The translations under genes were made by a program, and so were the position numbers. Below, piece by piece: positions 52,799 to 64,000 of a stretch of 64,000 nt of DNA. Source of the DNA: Gordius albopunctatus (taxonomy: Eukaryota); assembly GCA_964276515.1 (NCBI GenBank), contig OZ193910.1:1240001-1304000 (forward strand), in the 5' to 3' direction. Below the pieces are notes generated by a model. The model did not search any database. It was given only the letters and a program-made list of their open reading frames with translations, and was not told the DNA's origin. How positions within the stretch are numbered: position 1 is the stretch's first letter; every line of letters starts with the position of its first letter.

Positions 52799-55526
52799 AT
52801 GCAGTCCAATGTTCTTGCTGATTCTGCTGATGCTGGTTATAGCAGAGCTCTAACTTCTGTTGTAAGCGCTATTTTATCAAGTTCCGGCTTTTCTAATTGT
52901 CATCCCAAATTAATAAGTGTATTAAACGAGATGCTCCAATCTTTGCTGATAGAAACTGGTCGATTATCTAAAGCTTTAGCTGAACATTCAGGTCGCACTC
53001 AACCACTTTTATCTGACGTGCAATTAGCTTTGATAGAAATGGGTATATACCATGAAAAATACAATATTTGACCATTACCTTAGGTATTGATATTGTATCA
53101 ATCCCGGAGTTTGCTTCCAAAGAAATAAATAAGATTATACTTCTTCCACGTAAATTTAATTTTGGATAATTTTTAGTTTTAAATAGCTCTTCAACAAACC
53201 AGACCTACAGAAATTAAAACATTAAAAAGTGGTCCAAAGCAACAGCTCTCATATATACCTGAGTATTTCCCAGAGTTACCAGATACACGTACCTATATTA
53301 ATACTCCAGTAAATAGATTAATTGGATAAAATTAATATTACTTGATCCATAAGGTACAAAGAAAAGATAAAGATGATTTTAAGTTAGTCAGAGAGAGGGA
53401 TGCCTCAGAAAAAAGGAATTTAGAAAAAGCTTATACTAAATATTTGGCAAGAACAAACCAAACTTACTCCCTCTTTGATAACAAAGATGCATTTCCTTGT
53501 ATTATAAGTTTTAAATTTTTGTAAAAATATTTTTAGTGATTGCCAATAATCCAAACCCAAATATGCCATCTTATATACCAGCATTACTGGGAAAATATTC
53601 TTTTGGACCTTTTGAAAGATTAAACATTGCATTTAGTAATAACATAACCGCACCAGGTTCAACTAATAAAGATCTTACAATATCTAGCTCTTCCACAAGT
53701 GCAAGACCAGAAATTTTTAACCCAGAACATGAAACTCAGGAAATAGACAATAGGTTTCATATTATTATTTAAAAAAATTCCCTTTGGATATTAATTAAAC
53801 TAAGTCTTTAATTGGCTTTAATTTATTTATGCAATAAAATTTTCTATATATCATTGCCTTTTCTCCAATTTAACTTGTTAAAATTTTTTATTATATAAAT
53901 TATTTGCATAATCTCTAAACATATTTTCAATATTTTGGACATGTCTTATGATTGTATGTTCATTGAATTATGTTTATATTACAATATAACATTTTATCTT
54001 AATTCTTAGTAAAAAGATGCTTTAAGGTGGGAAATTATATTGCTTATAATTTTTATAAGACAGCCAAAGAAAGATTTAAATTTTAATTAAACTCATTAGA
54101 TTTTATTTTTAAAGGGCTTAACTTAAATTTATTTATGCAGAGCTCAATCATCTGGTAGCTGTTATTTGTCAAAAAATGTATTAATTAAAATAGACTGGCA
54201 TCAGGTTTTTTCAAAATGTAATTTATCTTTTCATTAGAGAGTTTGACATTTGAATATTTGATGAAATGAACAGAGTTTAATTTTCATAATTTGCTGAAAA
54301 CGTTATGACTGGGAACCTTACTCAACATCACAGGGATACAAGGAAAACATCACCCAATTGGATTAATATTTCTCATATAAAATTTCACACTGAACAATAA
54401 TATATTTAAAACATAACTAGGAAAAAGATAAATCAGGTTAGAGTTTCGAAAAATGGCCTTTTTTACCATTTTCGAGGGTTCATTCCTACGCCATGCAAAA
54501 TTTGTTGATGATCTATACGATCATTATTTTATTTTTTGTTTCACCTCTACTTTTAATGTTTTACACGTTTATCTGAGCCCCCGTCCTCGCATCAAAATTC
54601 CTCCCACCTCCTTGTCTCGGGAAAAAGAATACATTTAGTGTGCTTACATACTACATACGCGATGTTTACTAACACAATAAAACTTTGGTGTCCATTTATG
54701 CGAATATGAAAAACAGACCAAAAGGTCGACCAAACAATCCAGCCGTTTTTACAACACCACTCTCCATTCATTAACTCTATCTCCATTTCCTCGTCTCCCA
54801 CCCCCCCCCCTCTTGTGTGCTTGGCTAAGGTTAGATATGGGGCGCGAGTGGAAAGAAAGAAGAGAGAATATAAGGAGAGGGTGATGTGTTAGTAAACATC
54901 GCATAAGCGCTATGTACTCTAATGTACTCGATTTCTTAGGGCATAGTGTAAGAATTTTAAAGCGGGAAGGGAATTCAGATAAAGGGGGATATAACTGAAA
55001 GTAGAGGTCAAACAAGAAAAACAAAATTATACAAAATGAATTTAAAGTGGAATGGGAATATAGCCTCGAAAAACGTTAAAAAGGTAATATTTTGCACCTT
55101 TAACTCGCTAAATCATCTCGATGACCGAAAATAAATTAAAAAACATATTATTGTTCAGCGTAAAATTCTATATCAAAAAATTTTTTGTCAGATCACGGGA
55201 TCAAATGAAAAAGTCAATTCTTGTATAACTGTGTTATTTGTCATTCTGTTGTATTATTAGTCTATGGTCCCGCCTCAGTAACTCAAACGATTATATATCA
55301 AAGAAATTAACAGCGATTTTGAGTTTAAAAAATTAAGATGTATATGGATGGACGTATGATTTGGTAATACATTTTTTTGGCTTTTTTAAGGATTCCAAAT
55401 GTCAGCGAGGAAGGTGATGACGTCGTCAATGAGGCGGCATCGGAGTTTCAGACAGTAGGAGTGGGAGGAGACACTCTGATTCAGGATAACCCATACGTAC
55501 GCTTTCTCGAGCGCAGGATTACCTGA
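52799..55526 (+). CDS. TAF8: TFIID subunit 8, 6 exons
   Basis: Histone-fold/bromodomain-associated region AEHSGRTQPLLSDVQLALIEMG; YIPEYFPELPDTRTYINTP; VRERDASEKRNLEKAYTKY; the last exon (about 55391-55526) carries the conserved DNPY motif. Confidence 0.9.
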
Positions 55527-56109
55527 TCTATATGGGCTGTTGAGGTGGAGAAAGATATCCTCTCTCACATTTTACTTTAATTTATACTTAATACTCTCGT
55601 TTTACTTGATGAAGTGTAGTTGATTGATTGTAACCCCATTTTTATATTGCAAAGTTGCAAATTACATATTGTAAATACCCAAAATTGAAAATCAATTTTA
55701 CGATGAATATAAAAATGTTTAGAATGTTTAGAGCCGATAATCCATCTGCTTATAACATCGGGTCTGGTACCTGCAATTGTCACCCAAATTTGTATATGAG
55801 ATTAAATACCTTCGGGTCAAGTTAGGGTTAAAAATTTGTCTTTGCGGAAGCGCTACTATACATTTTTATAAAATAATTGTTCGATAAATAATATAAAAAT
55901 TTTATTTTGTTACTTTTAAAATTTAATACTTGGCCTTTTTAGAAGATAAGGTTGGGTTAAAGTTTATATTTGGGTATGGCTAAGGTTAGGATTTTATAAT
56001 TATAAAATGAGTGTAGTTGGGGTTAACATTTACAAGAGGTTGAGTCTTGGTTTAAAAAAATCTATTTTAACGCACATTAGAATAACAATATTACGTTTTA
56101 TATTCATAA

Positions 56110-57443
56110 TTGTCTTCAAGATAGGTCTTAGTGCGAATATTGTAGATTTCTTAGCCACAAATCCGAAATGGTTAGCCGATACTTCCGCCTCGTTTTTCAG
56201 CATTGTTACTAACCATAAGCTTCAACAAGTGGCGAGTTAGCTGGATACCCGTGTAATTTCTCCACTCTTGAACGTCTCCTTTGCCTTTAAATAAGGGTAT
56301 AATCGTTAGGAATTCGCACTTGTACCAATATCTCATTGAAGAGGTTCGTAATGGTCGTGACTCCATCACGGCATCCGAGGACATATGGTTTTTATCGACT
56401 TGGAGAAAGCTAATGACACGGTCCCCCGCGATTTAATATGGTGGTGCCTGAGGAAACAAAATATCCATGACGCATATATACGGCTTATGAAAAATATCTA
56501 TGAAGCCTCAAACTCTTGCGTTAGGACGACAGTTGGAGACTCTAAACCTTTTCGGGTTAATATTGGATTACATCAAGGCTCTGCTTTAAGTCCCTTTTTA
56601 TTTAATATAATTATAGACACGATAACGAGGGACTTTCAAAAGCCATCGCCGTGGTGTATGCTATATGCCGATGATATAGTACTATGCGAGGAAACAAGAG
56701 AGAAAGTATTCGAAGAAGTCGATAAATGGTCAAAGCGCTTAGCTGGATATGGTTTAAAGGTCAACGATCGAAAAACGGTATACATGGAAATGAACGGTAC
56801 AGGCACCCCATCGCTGGATGACCATCTAAAGTACCCAAAAGTAGACAGGTTTAATTACCTCGGCTCTATGCTTCATCAAGAGAGAGGTTGCGCAACTGAA
56901 ATCAATGCCCGGATTCAAAAAGGATGGCTTAAATGGCGAAGTTTATCCGGTGTAATGTGCGACAAGAAAATGCCAATATGATTGAAGAGCAAAGCTTACA
57001 AATCCATCGTAAGACCGGTGTTACTCTATGGAAGTGAAACATGGGCATTAAACACCACGGAAGGAAAGCTATTACAAGCCACGGAGATGAGAATGATACG
57101 GTGGAGCTTGGGGTATACTAAGCTCGACCATATGACGAATGACTTTCTTATGACAAAAATGGGTATTCAACCTATGGCGGACATGATTAACAAAAATCGG
57201 CTAAGGTGGTATGGGCATATACTAAGAAGGGACCCGGATGACGTAAATCGAAAAGTGCTAGACATGAAAATACCAGGGAAGAGAGGAAGAGGACGACCCC
57301 GTGTCACGTGGAAAAGGCAAGTCGATAAAGTTATGGCAACTAAAGAGATTCGTCAAGACATGGCACTAACTCGGTCAAGATGGAAGAGACTCATCAAAAC
57401 AAACCCCATCAATGTGGGACCAAATAACTGATAAAGAAGAAGA
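56110..57443 (+). mobile_element. RTE-clade LINE, 5'-truncated, with an inverted 5' segment
   Basis: Plus strand 56381-57431: FIDLEKA, GLHQGSALSP, LYADD, RLRWYGH, one TGG>TGA. Minus strand 56380-56110: IIPLFKGKGDVQE.RNY.GI, FGF, IFALR. GAA tail. Confidence 0.92.
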
Positions 57444-57601
57444 GGAGAGTAATTTGACAAAAAATATATTAAAATAACAAAAAATGTTAATTAGCAAATA
57501 TAATATCAATAGTGAATACACCAAATGATCGCCCTTTGATGAGATTTTAAAGAAAGAAAGCATTTAAAGCACCATATAGCAAGAACTGTGTGTAGCGATA
57601 T

Positions 57602-57859
57602 CAGTGGCGTAAATACAGGGGTGGGGTGGGGAACGGGAAATCCCCACTCCCCGGTTTTTTATGAAAAAATAAAAATTTTCAGATCTAAAGTCTATATTTT
57701 ATAGTTGTGCAACGTAACTGACCCAGTTAATTATTTATAATGACTTTCTTTATGTTTTATACCAGATTTTATAATTTTGATAATGAAATAAAAATGTTAA
57801 ATTTTTTTTTTGGAGATTCCCCCCACCCTTCCGGAAGAAAATCCTCTCTACGCGCCTAG
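57602..57859. mobile_element. hAT-like MITE (CAGTGGCGTA terminus) about 150 bp upstream of the AMPK beta gene
   Basis: Imperfect inverted ends CAGTGGCGTA / TACGCGCCTAG with G-rich and C-rich subtermini. Confidence 0.55.
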
Positions 57860-58013
57860 CCAATATGTGTAAAAAACAAGATGCTAACAAATATCAGCAA
57901 TACATAGGCATTATATATAAAATTTGCATGTCAGTTGAGCACCGTTTAATATTTTTGTATCTCAACTTGGGAATTGTAAATGTACTGATTTGTCAATTTT
58001 TTAAACGCCTCAT

Positions 58014-59512
58014 ATGGGAACGGCCTCTTCAAGGAGGCAGTTAAGTGGTGATGAACCCTTATCTCCGATAACATCTTCAAAAAAAGATAGTCCGTACTTT
58101 GATTTTATTACAGATAAAGTCGTCAATAAGCCTTTTTTTAAATCTCATAATCAGCATGAAGAAGATAAATCAGTGAGCAAGCACTGGAAAAACAAAATCG
58201 TTTTGGAGGTAAATAATTATAGATACATAGATAAATGTTTCAGGATTCTGTTAGTGAGTCAGCATTGGGCCGAAAACGATCGTGCACTATTAGTGAAACA
58301 AAATTAGTGAAGGAAAAACCGAAAAGTATATTTACAGTTTTTAGATGGCCCGGAGGTGGTAAACATGTTTATGTTTCTGGAAGCTGGGATAATTGGAAAT
58401 CAAAAATACCCATGGTGTTAAGGTTAACTAATAAGTTTTGTTAATATTTGCTGATAAATAGTCATGGGGACTTTGCAACAATCATTGAGATCCCAGAAGG
58501 CAAACATCAATATAAATTTATGGTGGATAATAAATGGGTCCATGATGATAAACAAGTAATTCACAAAATCTTTGCAGATTACTAATTTAATAGCCAATTG
58601 TGGATAATGACCTTGGGACAAAAAATAATATAATTGAAGTAAACAAATCAGATTTTGAAGTATTTGAGGCTCTTGCTGTAGATATTGCAGCATTGCATCC
58701 AACAAATGATTTGAATGCTTCATTAGGGCAACAGGAGGAGCTTTTTATATCAGGTATTATAATTAGACGTGTTTACATAAATATTATAAATTAATTAAAA
58801 TTCTCATATTATTATAAACATATTTAAAGCTGACTCTGATAGACGAGATATTTCATATACCCTTGGTGAGTATGGTCAAATAATACCTCCTAAAATTAGT
58901 GCAGCTGCCCAACTTGAAAAGTCTACTTCTTTATCAGGTCTTTAAACATTCAAATATCTTTATTTAATAAACTACTCTCAGTTTTTTTTAAAAGTTATAA
59001 TTAAAATGCTCAATTTTTGTATTAAAATGTTTGTTCTAGATGGTCCACCAATTTTGCCTCCTCAGCTCCTACAAGTTATATTGAATCGTGATGTTCCTTA
59101 TAACTATGAGCCAGCTCTTTTACCTGAACCAAATCATGTCATGATAAATCACTTATATGCACTTTCAATTAAGGTTATTTACATTTTAATTATAAGTTTA
59201 TCTAAAATGGCTCTAAGTATTAACTTGGATGTAGCTAAGGGTGGAGATAGGCAATAAAGGGTTGCTTCCGCCTCTAAATTTTTAAATTTGTTGAAATTTA
59301 TTAATGTAATGCCTAATATTTCAAAAAATGATCATTTTTCTGCTCTTTAAATCATTATTGCCACCTTCTAATCCCAATGCTGGCTACACCCATTACCATT
59401 AATATGCCTATATATTATTAATTCTATGCAGGATGGTGTTTTGGTATTGAGCTGCACTCACAGACATAGAAAAAAATATGTGACAACTCTTTTTTACAAA
59501 CCTATCAAATAA
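58014..59512 (+). CDS. PRKAB: 5'-AMP-activated protein kinase beta subunit, 7 exons
   Basis: MG start (myristoylation type); CBM motifs TVFRWPGGGKHVYVSGSWDNW and IPEGKHQYKFMVDNKWVHD; C-terminus PPILPPQLLQVILN...LLPEPNHVMINHLYALSIKDGVLVLSCTHRHRKKYVTTLFYKPIK*. Confidence 0.96.
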
Positions 59513-59856
59513 ACTAATCTTAATTATATCTTTACCTTTTACTATTTAGGCTAATAGTTTATTTTAACTTTATGCTTTGCTTTAAAAATCTCATATCATA
59601 TGTTTTATGTAACCATCGTTAAATTTATACTTTTTAACTTAAATTATTTTATACTATAATCATGGCATTACAAAAACAATTCTATTGTTTCTTACAAAAT
59701 TCCTAAAATGCATAATATTTTGTTTGTATATAAAATTGATTTTTTAATTTGACATAAATAAATTCAGGTGTTATAGAAAAATTATTTTAATAATTTATTA
59801 GTGTAAATAACCGATGAAAATTAAGTATACATTAATGTCCACTATAATCTATGAAT

Positions 59857-60396
59857 CTATAAAAAAGGGCTTAAAATATTAAGGGAGTTAACTCCACCCC
59901 CTCTTCTAAGGTTTCTGTCAATATCATCTCCAGAAAATGTTCCTTGAATTCTTTCACAATTAGGGTTGAAAACTGAATAAGCACTCATATTTGCACCTGA
60001 GCTATTTTCAATTTGATCGATTAGATTGTTAGAATGTCTACGTTTTGATGTTTGTAAACAAATAAATAATAGGAGTGAACAAAGAAAATAAATAGCTCCA
60101 AATTGAATGTAGACAAAATATATAAAACAAATAATCCATAAAAATAAAAAAACAATATATTTAAATTTTATGGCTGATTGGATTTCTTTTATGGATAAAT
60201 TATCATCATCTATATCAGGAGGTTCCTCATTAGAATACCTCGTTTCTAAGTCATCAGCCTTGATATTGTCATTTAAAGGTAAAAGTGCTGTGAGCTGATT
60301 TTCGCCTTGCTTAATAAAATTATAGTAATATATAGATTATAACACCTTTTCTTCTCTATATGCTTTTAAAGAATCATAAACCGACTGAAAACTCAT
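59857..60396 (-). CDS. SAYSD1: SAYSvFN domain-containing protein 1, 2 exons (absent from the ORF track)
   Basis: Hydrophobic hairpin IVFLFLWIICFIYFVYIQFGAIYFLCSLLLFICL followed by MSAYSVFNPNCERIQGTF; one 36-nt GT-AG intron. Confidence 0.92.
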
Positions 60397-61231
60397 TTAT
60401 GCTATTTCTTACAAATCATCTGGCATGAAACTTCATGGTACTATTCTAACCAGTCTAATTGTATTATCTTATTTTCGCTTACGACCATGTGTTAGAATTG
60501 TAGTTGAAATTTAGGTACAAATTAATACCCTTAGAGTAGGGGCTGTGACGCAGTCTAATGATTTATGTCCACGTTATCAATACTAGTAAAATCAATGTCT
60601 ACAAAGAGCTTCTTTTAGGCTCTATAGACCCTTCCCAACCCGTTATGAGCATTTTGCCACGCCCACTTTTAAGTTAACACGATAAAAAGTGAAGTTTAAC
60701 AAATACTTTCTGTAACCTTTTACATGCTAAATATAAACATTAAATTATATCATGTAAAAGAAGTATAGTTTTTTAATAATATCTGCTGCCCTTAAAGTCT
60801 AATCATAATATTTTTGGTGAGGTAAACTTTACACTTAAATAGAATTCATTTAAGATTTTCAGGTTAGTAAATTGTTGAAACTCTACAATTTGACATGGTT
60901 GGTACCAATCTTTTCCACTTATGCAAATTTTCTTCGTTTTAATTAGAAAGGTCAATTATATAATTAATTGCTCATTTTATACAACCCTCTGTTATGTAAA
61001 AAAATTGCAACAAGACCCTTTTGATGGTTATTAATAAATTAATTTCTGGGCACTCAGGCCTTTATAAACGTAAGGGTATATTTATAAAATAATTAATAAA
61101 ATTTAATTTTTTCAGCATTATGCTTCACATGGTCACATAGTGTTAAAAGATGAAATATGATTATTCGGACATCTATATATCTTTTTACCGACAAAATGTT
61201 TGTTACAAACTGGTAATCCTTATTGATGCCG

Positions 61232-62213
61232 TAGACCCGAGAAAAATCTCGGCCTCGCGAGATTTTTTCGGCGAAATCTTGGATTTTTATTGATCGTTAG
61301 ATTTTAGGAAATTATTGTGTATTTTTATTTGCATGATTCAAATTTAAGCTATTAAGTCTAATCAATATATATGGAATATATTTGATATTAAAAAATTCCT
61401 AAGTGTATTAAATATTATATATTTTTGCAAAAAACTTTAAATTTTGCAATCATTTACCTAAGTATGGTTGACCCTTAGGATATGTGAATAATTTTATAAT
61501 ATCATTATAAAATATTTGTATCAATAACATTATTAAATATTACAAAATTTTAGGCTTAGAATAAGTTCTGATAGAATAGAATATTATTAAAGCATGCGCA
61601 CTTTAATTAAAAGTTTTAATACTTATGTTCTTAATTTTAGAATAATACTGCTTTTATTGTTATTTTTACAACGTTTTAATATATGCAACTAGTTAACAAT
61701 TCTGTAAATAAAAATATTATCATTAAAAGTCACTCGAATTTTTTGGTTTAAAAGGCAAAAGTAAACATGCAATAAACACTATGGGCTATATTTAATAATG
61801 GTAATATAAATGGATTTAAACGTTTGCCTTAAATATGTTAAGGTATACTTTAAAGTTTTAGCCAGGTTAATAAAGAGTCTCAATTATGCAACTAAGTCAT
61901 ATATAAGCGATCTTATATTTTTCTAAGTCTATTTAGTTAACAGACACAGTTGTCCCGCTAAATATTTAAAAAGTCTGTGTATTAAAGTTTTTCCAAAAAT
62001 ATAAAAGTTTGCCATTTGGATTTTTTAACACTTATTTAATATTTTTAATAAAACAGGAGAAATTTTTATTCCGTATATATTTTTTTGAAAGTCGAGACGA
62101 GAATCTTCGCCGATACGAGACGAGATTTTTCTAGACTGAGACGAGATTTTCTTAATCGCTCCCGAGACGAGAGGAGATTTTGTATTCGAGACCGAGACGA
62201 GATCGAAACACTA
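61232..62213. mobile_element. hAT-like non-autonomous element with CGAGAC subterminal repeats
   Basis: TAG...CTA ends and CGAGA arrays at both termini; homologous to 13116-13700. Confidence 0.6.
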
Positions 62214-62750
62214 GTAATCTTCAATATAATTATTTACAAAAAATAATTAGATTTATTATATCTAATATTAAAAATAATTGTTTGACATATATTAATTGCT
62301 ATGGAATTTATGGACTCAATTTTCATTTGCTTACTGACACGTCCCATTATGCGTCACGTTACACTTTTTAAATCCCGTTTTTTTGCTTTTGCCCCTCTCC
62401 GCTGAGTCGGTGAGGGAGTTGTCGTTATGGTATTTATTAAAATTAATATATTTAGAACAATATAATCATACCGACAAAAATATATATACTCGGGCCTTCG
62501 GCCCTCGTGGGAAGGGGAAGGGAATGGGGAACGACTCATCTATACTGCGTATAAACTTAGCATATTTGCTATGCAATTTATGGGAGAGAAAGGTGGGAAG
62601 GGGCGAGAATGTCTATAGGGGGTATTAAATGCAAAATGATTAATTATTAATTTTTATACAAATTTTTCATATAATTAAAAAAAATTTGGCCTCTCCGGGA
62701 TTCGAACCCCAGATCTGGAGAGGCATAAGCCTTTGTAAGGGGGGGGGGGG

Positions 62751-63776
62751 CTAAGGAAGAGAAAAATCGATATCACTTGTATACAAGAGACCAAATGGAA
62801 GTATCAAAAAGTAAAAAACATAGGGGACGGATACAAATTATATTTTTACGGTGCAGAAACTCACCGGAATAACGTCGGTATAGTACTATCGAAAGAATTT
62901 CAGCAAACTGTCGTCGACGTTAAAAGAATCAATGATAGAATTATGGCGATACAGCTTTGTTATAAATTTACTACGATAAACGTTATATCAGCATACGCTC
63001 CTCAAAGTGGATGCTTTGAGACGTAAAAAGAGTGTTTTTGGAAGGAGCTTGAAGATGTTCTATCCCGATTCGGTAAAGAGGGAATAATAATTATCGGAGC
63101 GGACCTCAATGGACACGTGGGCAAATCAAGGGGATGATTTGAAAGAAATTACGGTGGTCGGGGTTACGGCCTAAGAAATGAAGGAGGTACGGGAATTCTA
63201 GAAATTGCTCAAGCTTTTGACCTAACAATAGGAAATACCTTCTTCAAAAAGAGACAGGAACATCTTATAACGTACAAAAGCGGCAGCCGTACCACTCAGA
63301 TAGATTTCTTTCTAGTCAACAGAGCGCACTTAAAGTATGTTCAAAATGTTAAGGTAATACCGCGTGAAGTATTAGCCTGCAAACACAAGCTGTTGGTGAT
63401 GGACTTTATATTAAAGGGCAAAAGGTACAAAGAGTAGCCGCTACTATACAATGGATGAAACTAAAGGATAATATTCAACATTTTCAGGAACAAGTAATTA
63501 AACATGCTGAATTTAAGGAAAATACTTCATGTGAGGATCAATGGAATGGTATAGCTGCCACAATGCGAAAGGCGGGACGACAAATACTAGGTGAAAGCAA
63601 GCCCACTAAAAGAATTCTCAAGGAGACGTGGTGGTGGAATGAAGAAGTGCAAAAATGTATAAAGGAAAAGAAGAGATTGTACAAAGTTTTGTATAAAAGC
63701 AAGGATAGTAATGATAAGCAAGTTTACCAAGTAGTAAAAAAAAATTAGTAGCGAAAGCTAAAAACAAGGTGTACAA
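62751..63776 (+). mobile_element. RTE-clade LINE fragment: AP-endonuclease domain and linker, pseudogenised
   Basis: DITCIQETKW, NVISAYAPQ, IIGADLNGHVG, NTFFKKR, TQIDFFL, ETWWWNEEV; in-frame stops. Confidence 0.9.
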
Positions 63777-64000
63777 TGTAACGAAGTGGCCGGGGGGGGG
63801 ATAACGCTACATCAAGAAACAGATACTAAATCAAAAGACAGAGAGTATTTTATTAGGACATAGCGAAAGACATATATAAAAGTAGTAATCAATTAAGAGA
63901 TAATGTACGGTATAAACTAAGGTATATTCAAATGGCTAAGCGTATATCGAATTATCTGTGACCGCGCTCAAGTATAGGAAAAACGCGTGTATTCAAAGTG
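63777..64000. mobile_element. Possible LTR interrupting the RTE; runs off the right edge
   Basis: RTE homology stops abruptly at a TGTAAC start; the other end is not visible. Confidence 0.35.

Noticed and set aside
56979..56981. In-frame TGA at a Trp position suggesting stop-codon reassignment
   Set aside because: The sister RTE copy has TGG, so this is decay. Host genes use TGG for Trp and TAA, TAG and TGA as stops.

Overview
AT-rich eukaryotic nuclear DNA, most likely an invertebrate bilaterian (inferred from a GATA4/5/6-type gene; the taxon cannot be fixed from this window). By hand-splicing I find seven intron-containing genes: RFC5 (-), a CIP2A homologue (-), a UPF0669/C6orf120 homologue (-), a GATA4/5/6-class factor (-), TAF8 (+), AMPK beta subunit (+) and SAYSD1 (-). 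One tRNA-Ser(AGA) is nested in an RFC5 intron. Much of the rest is decayed mobile DNA: two Ty3/Gypsy remnants, a miniature LTR element (TRIM-like), three RTE LINE fragments, four CRE-clade (REL-endonuclease) LINE fragments, two non-autonomous Helitrons, and many hAT, Harbinger and P-like MITEs. There is no CRISPR array or prokaryotic system. I cannot demonstrate a wholly new biological system. The best leads are: (i) 33-45 nt introns with unusually frequent AAG acceptors; (ii) a CRE insertion with a 41-bp target duplication and a near-identical inverted twin; (iii) a twin-priming-type inversion in an RTE element; (iv) a dense WGATAR cluster and candidate promoter upstream of a GATA gene whose N-finger is degenerate. 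Gene identities rest on recalled protein motifs, not database searches, and splice models are manual.
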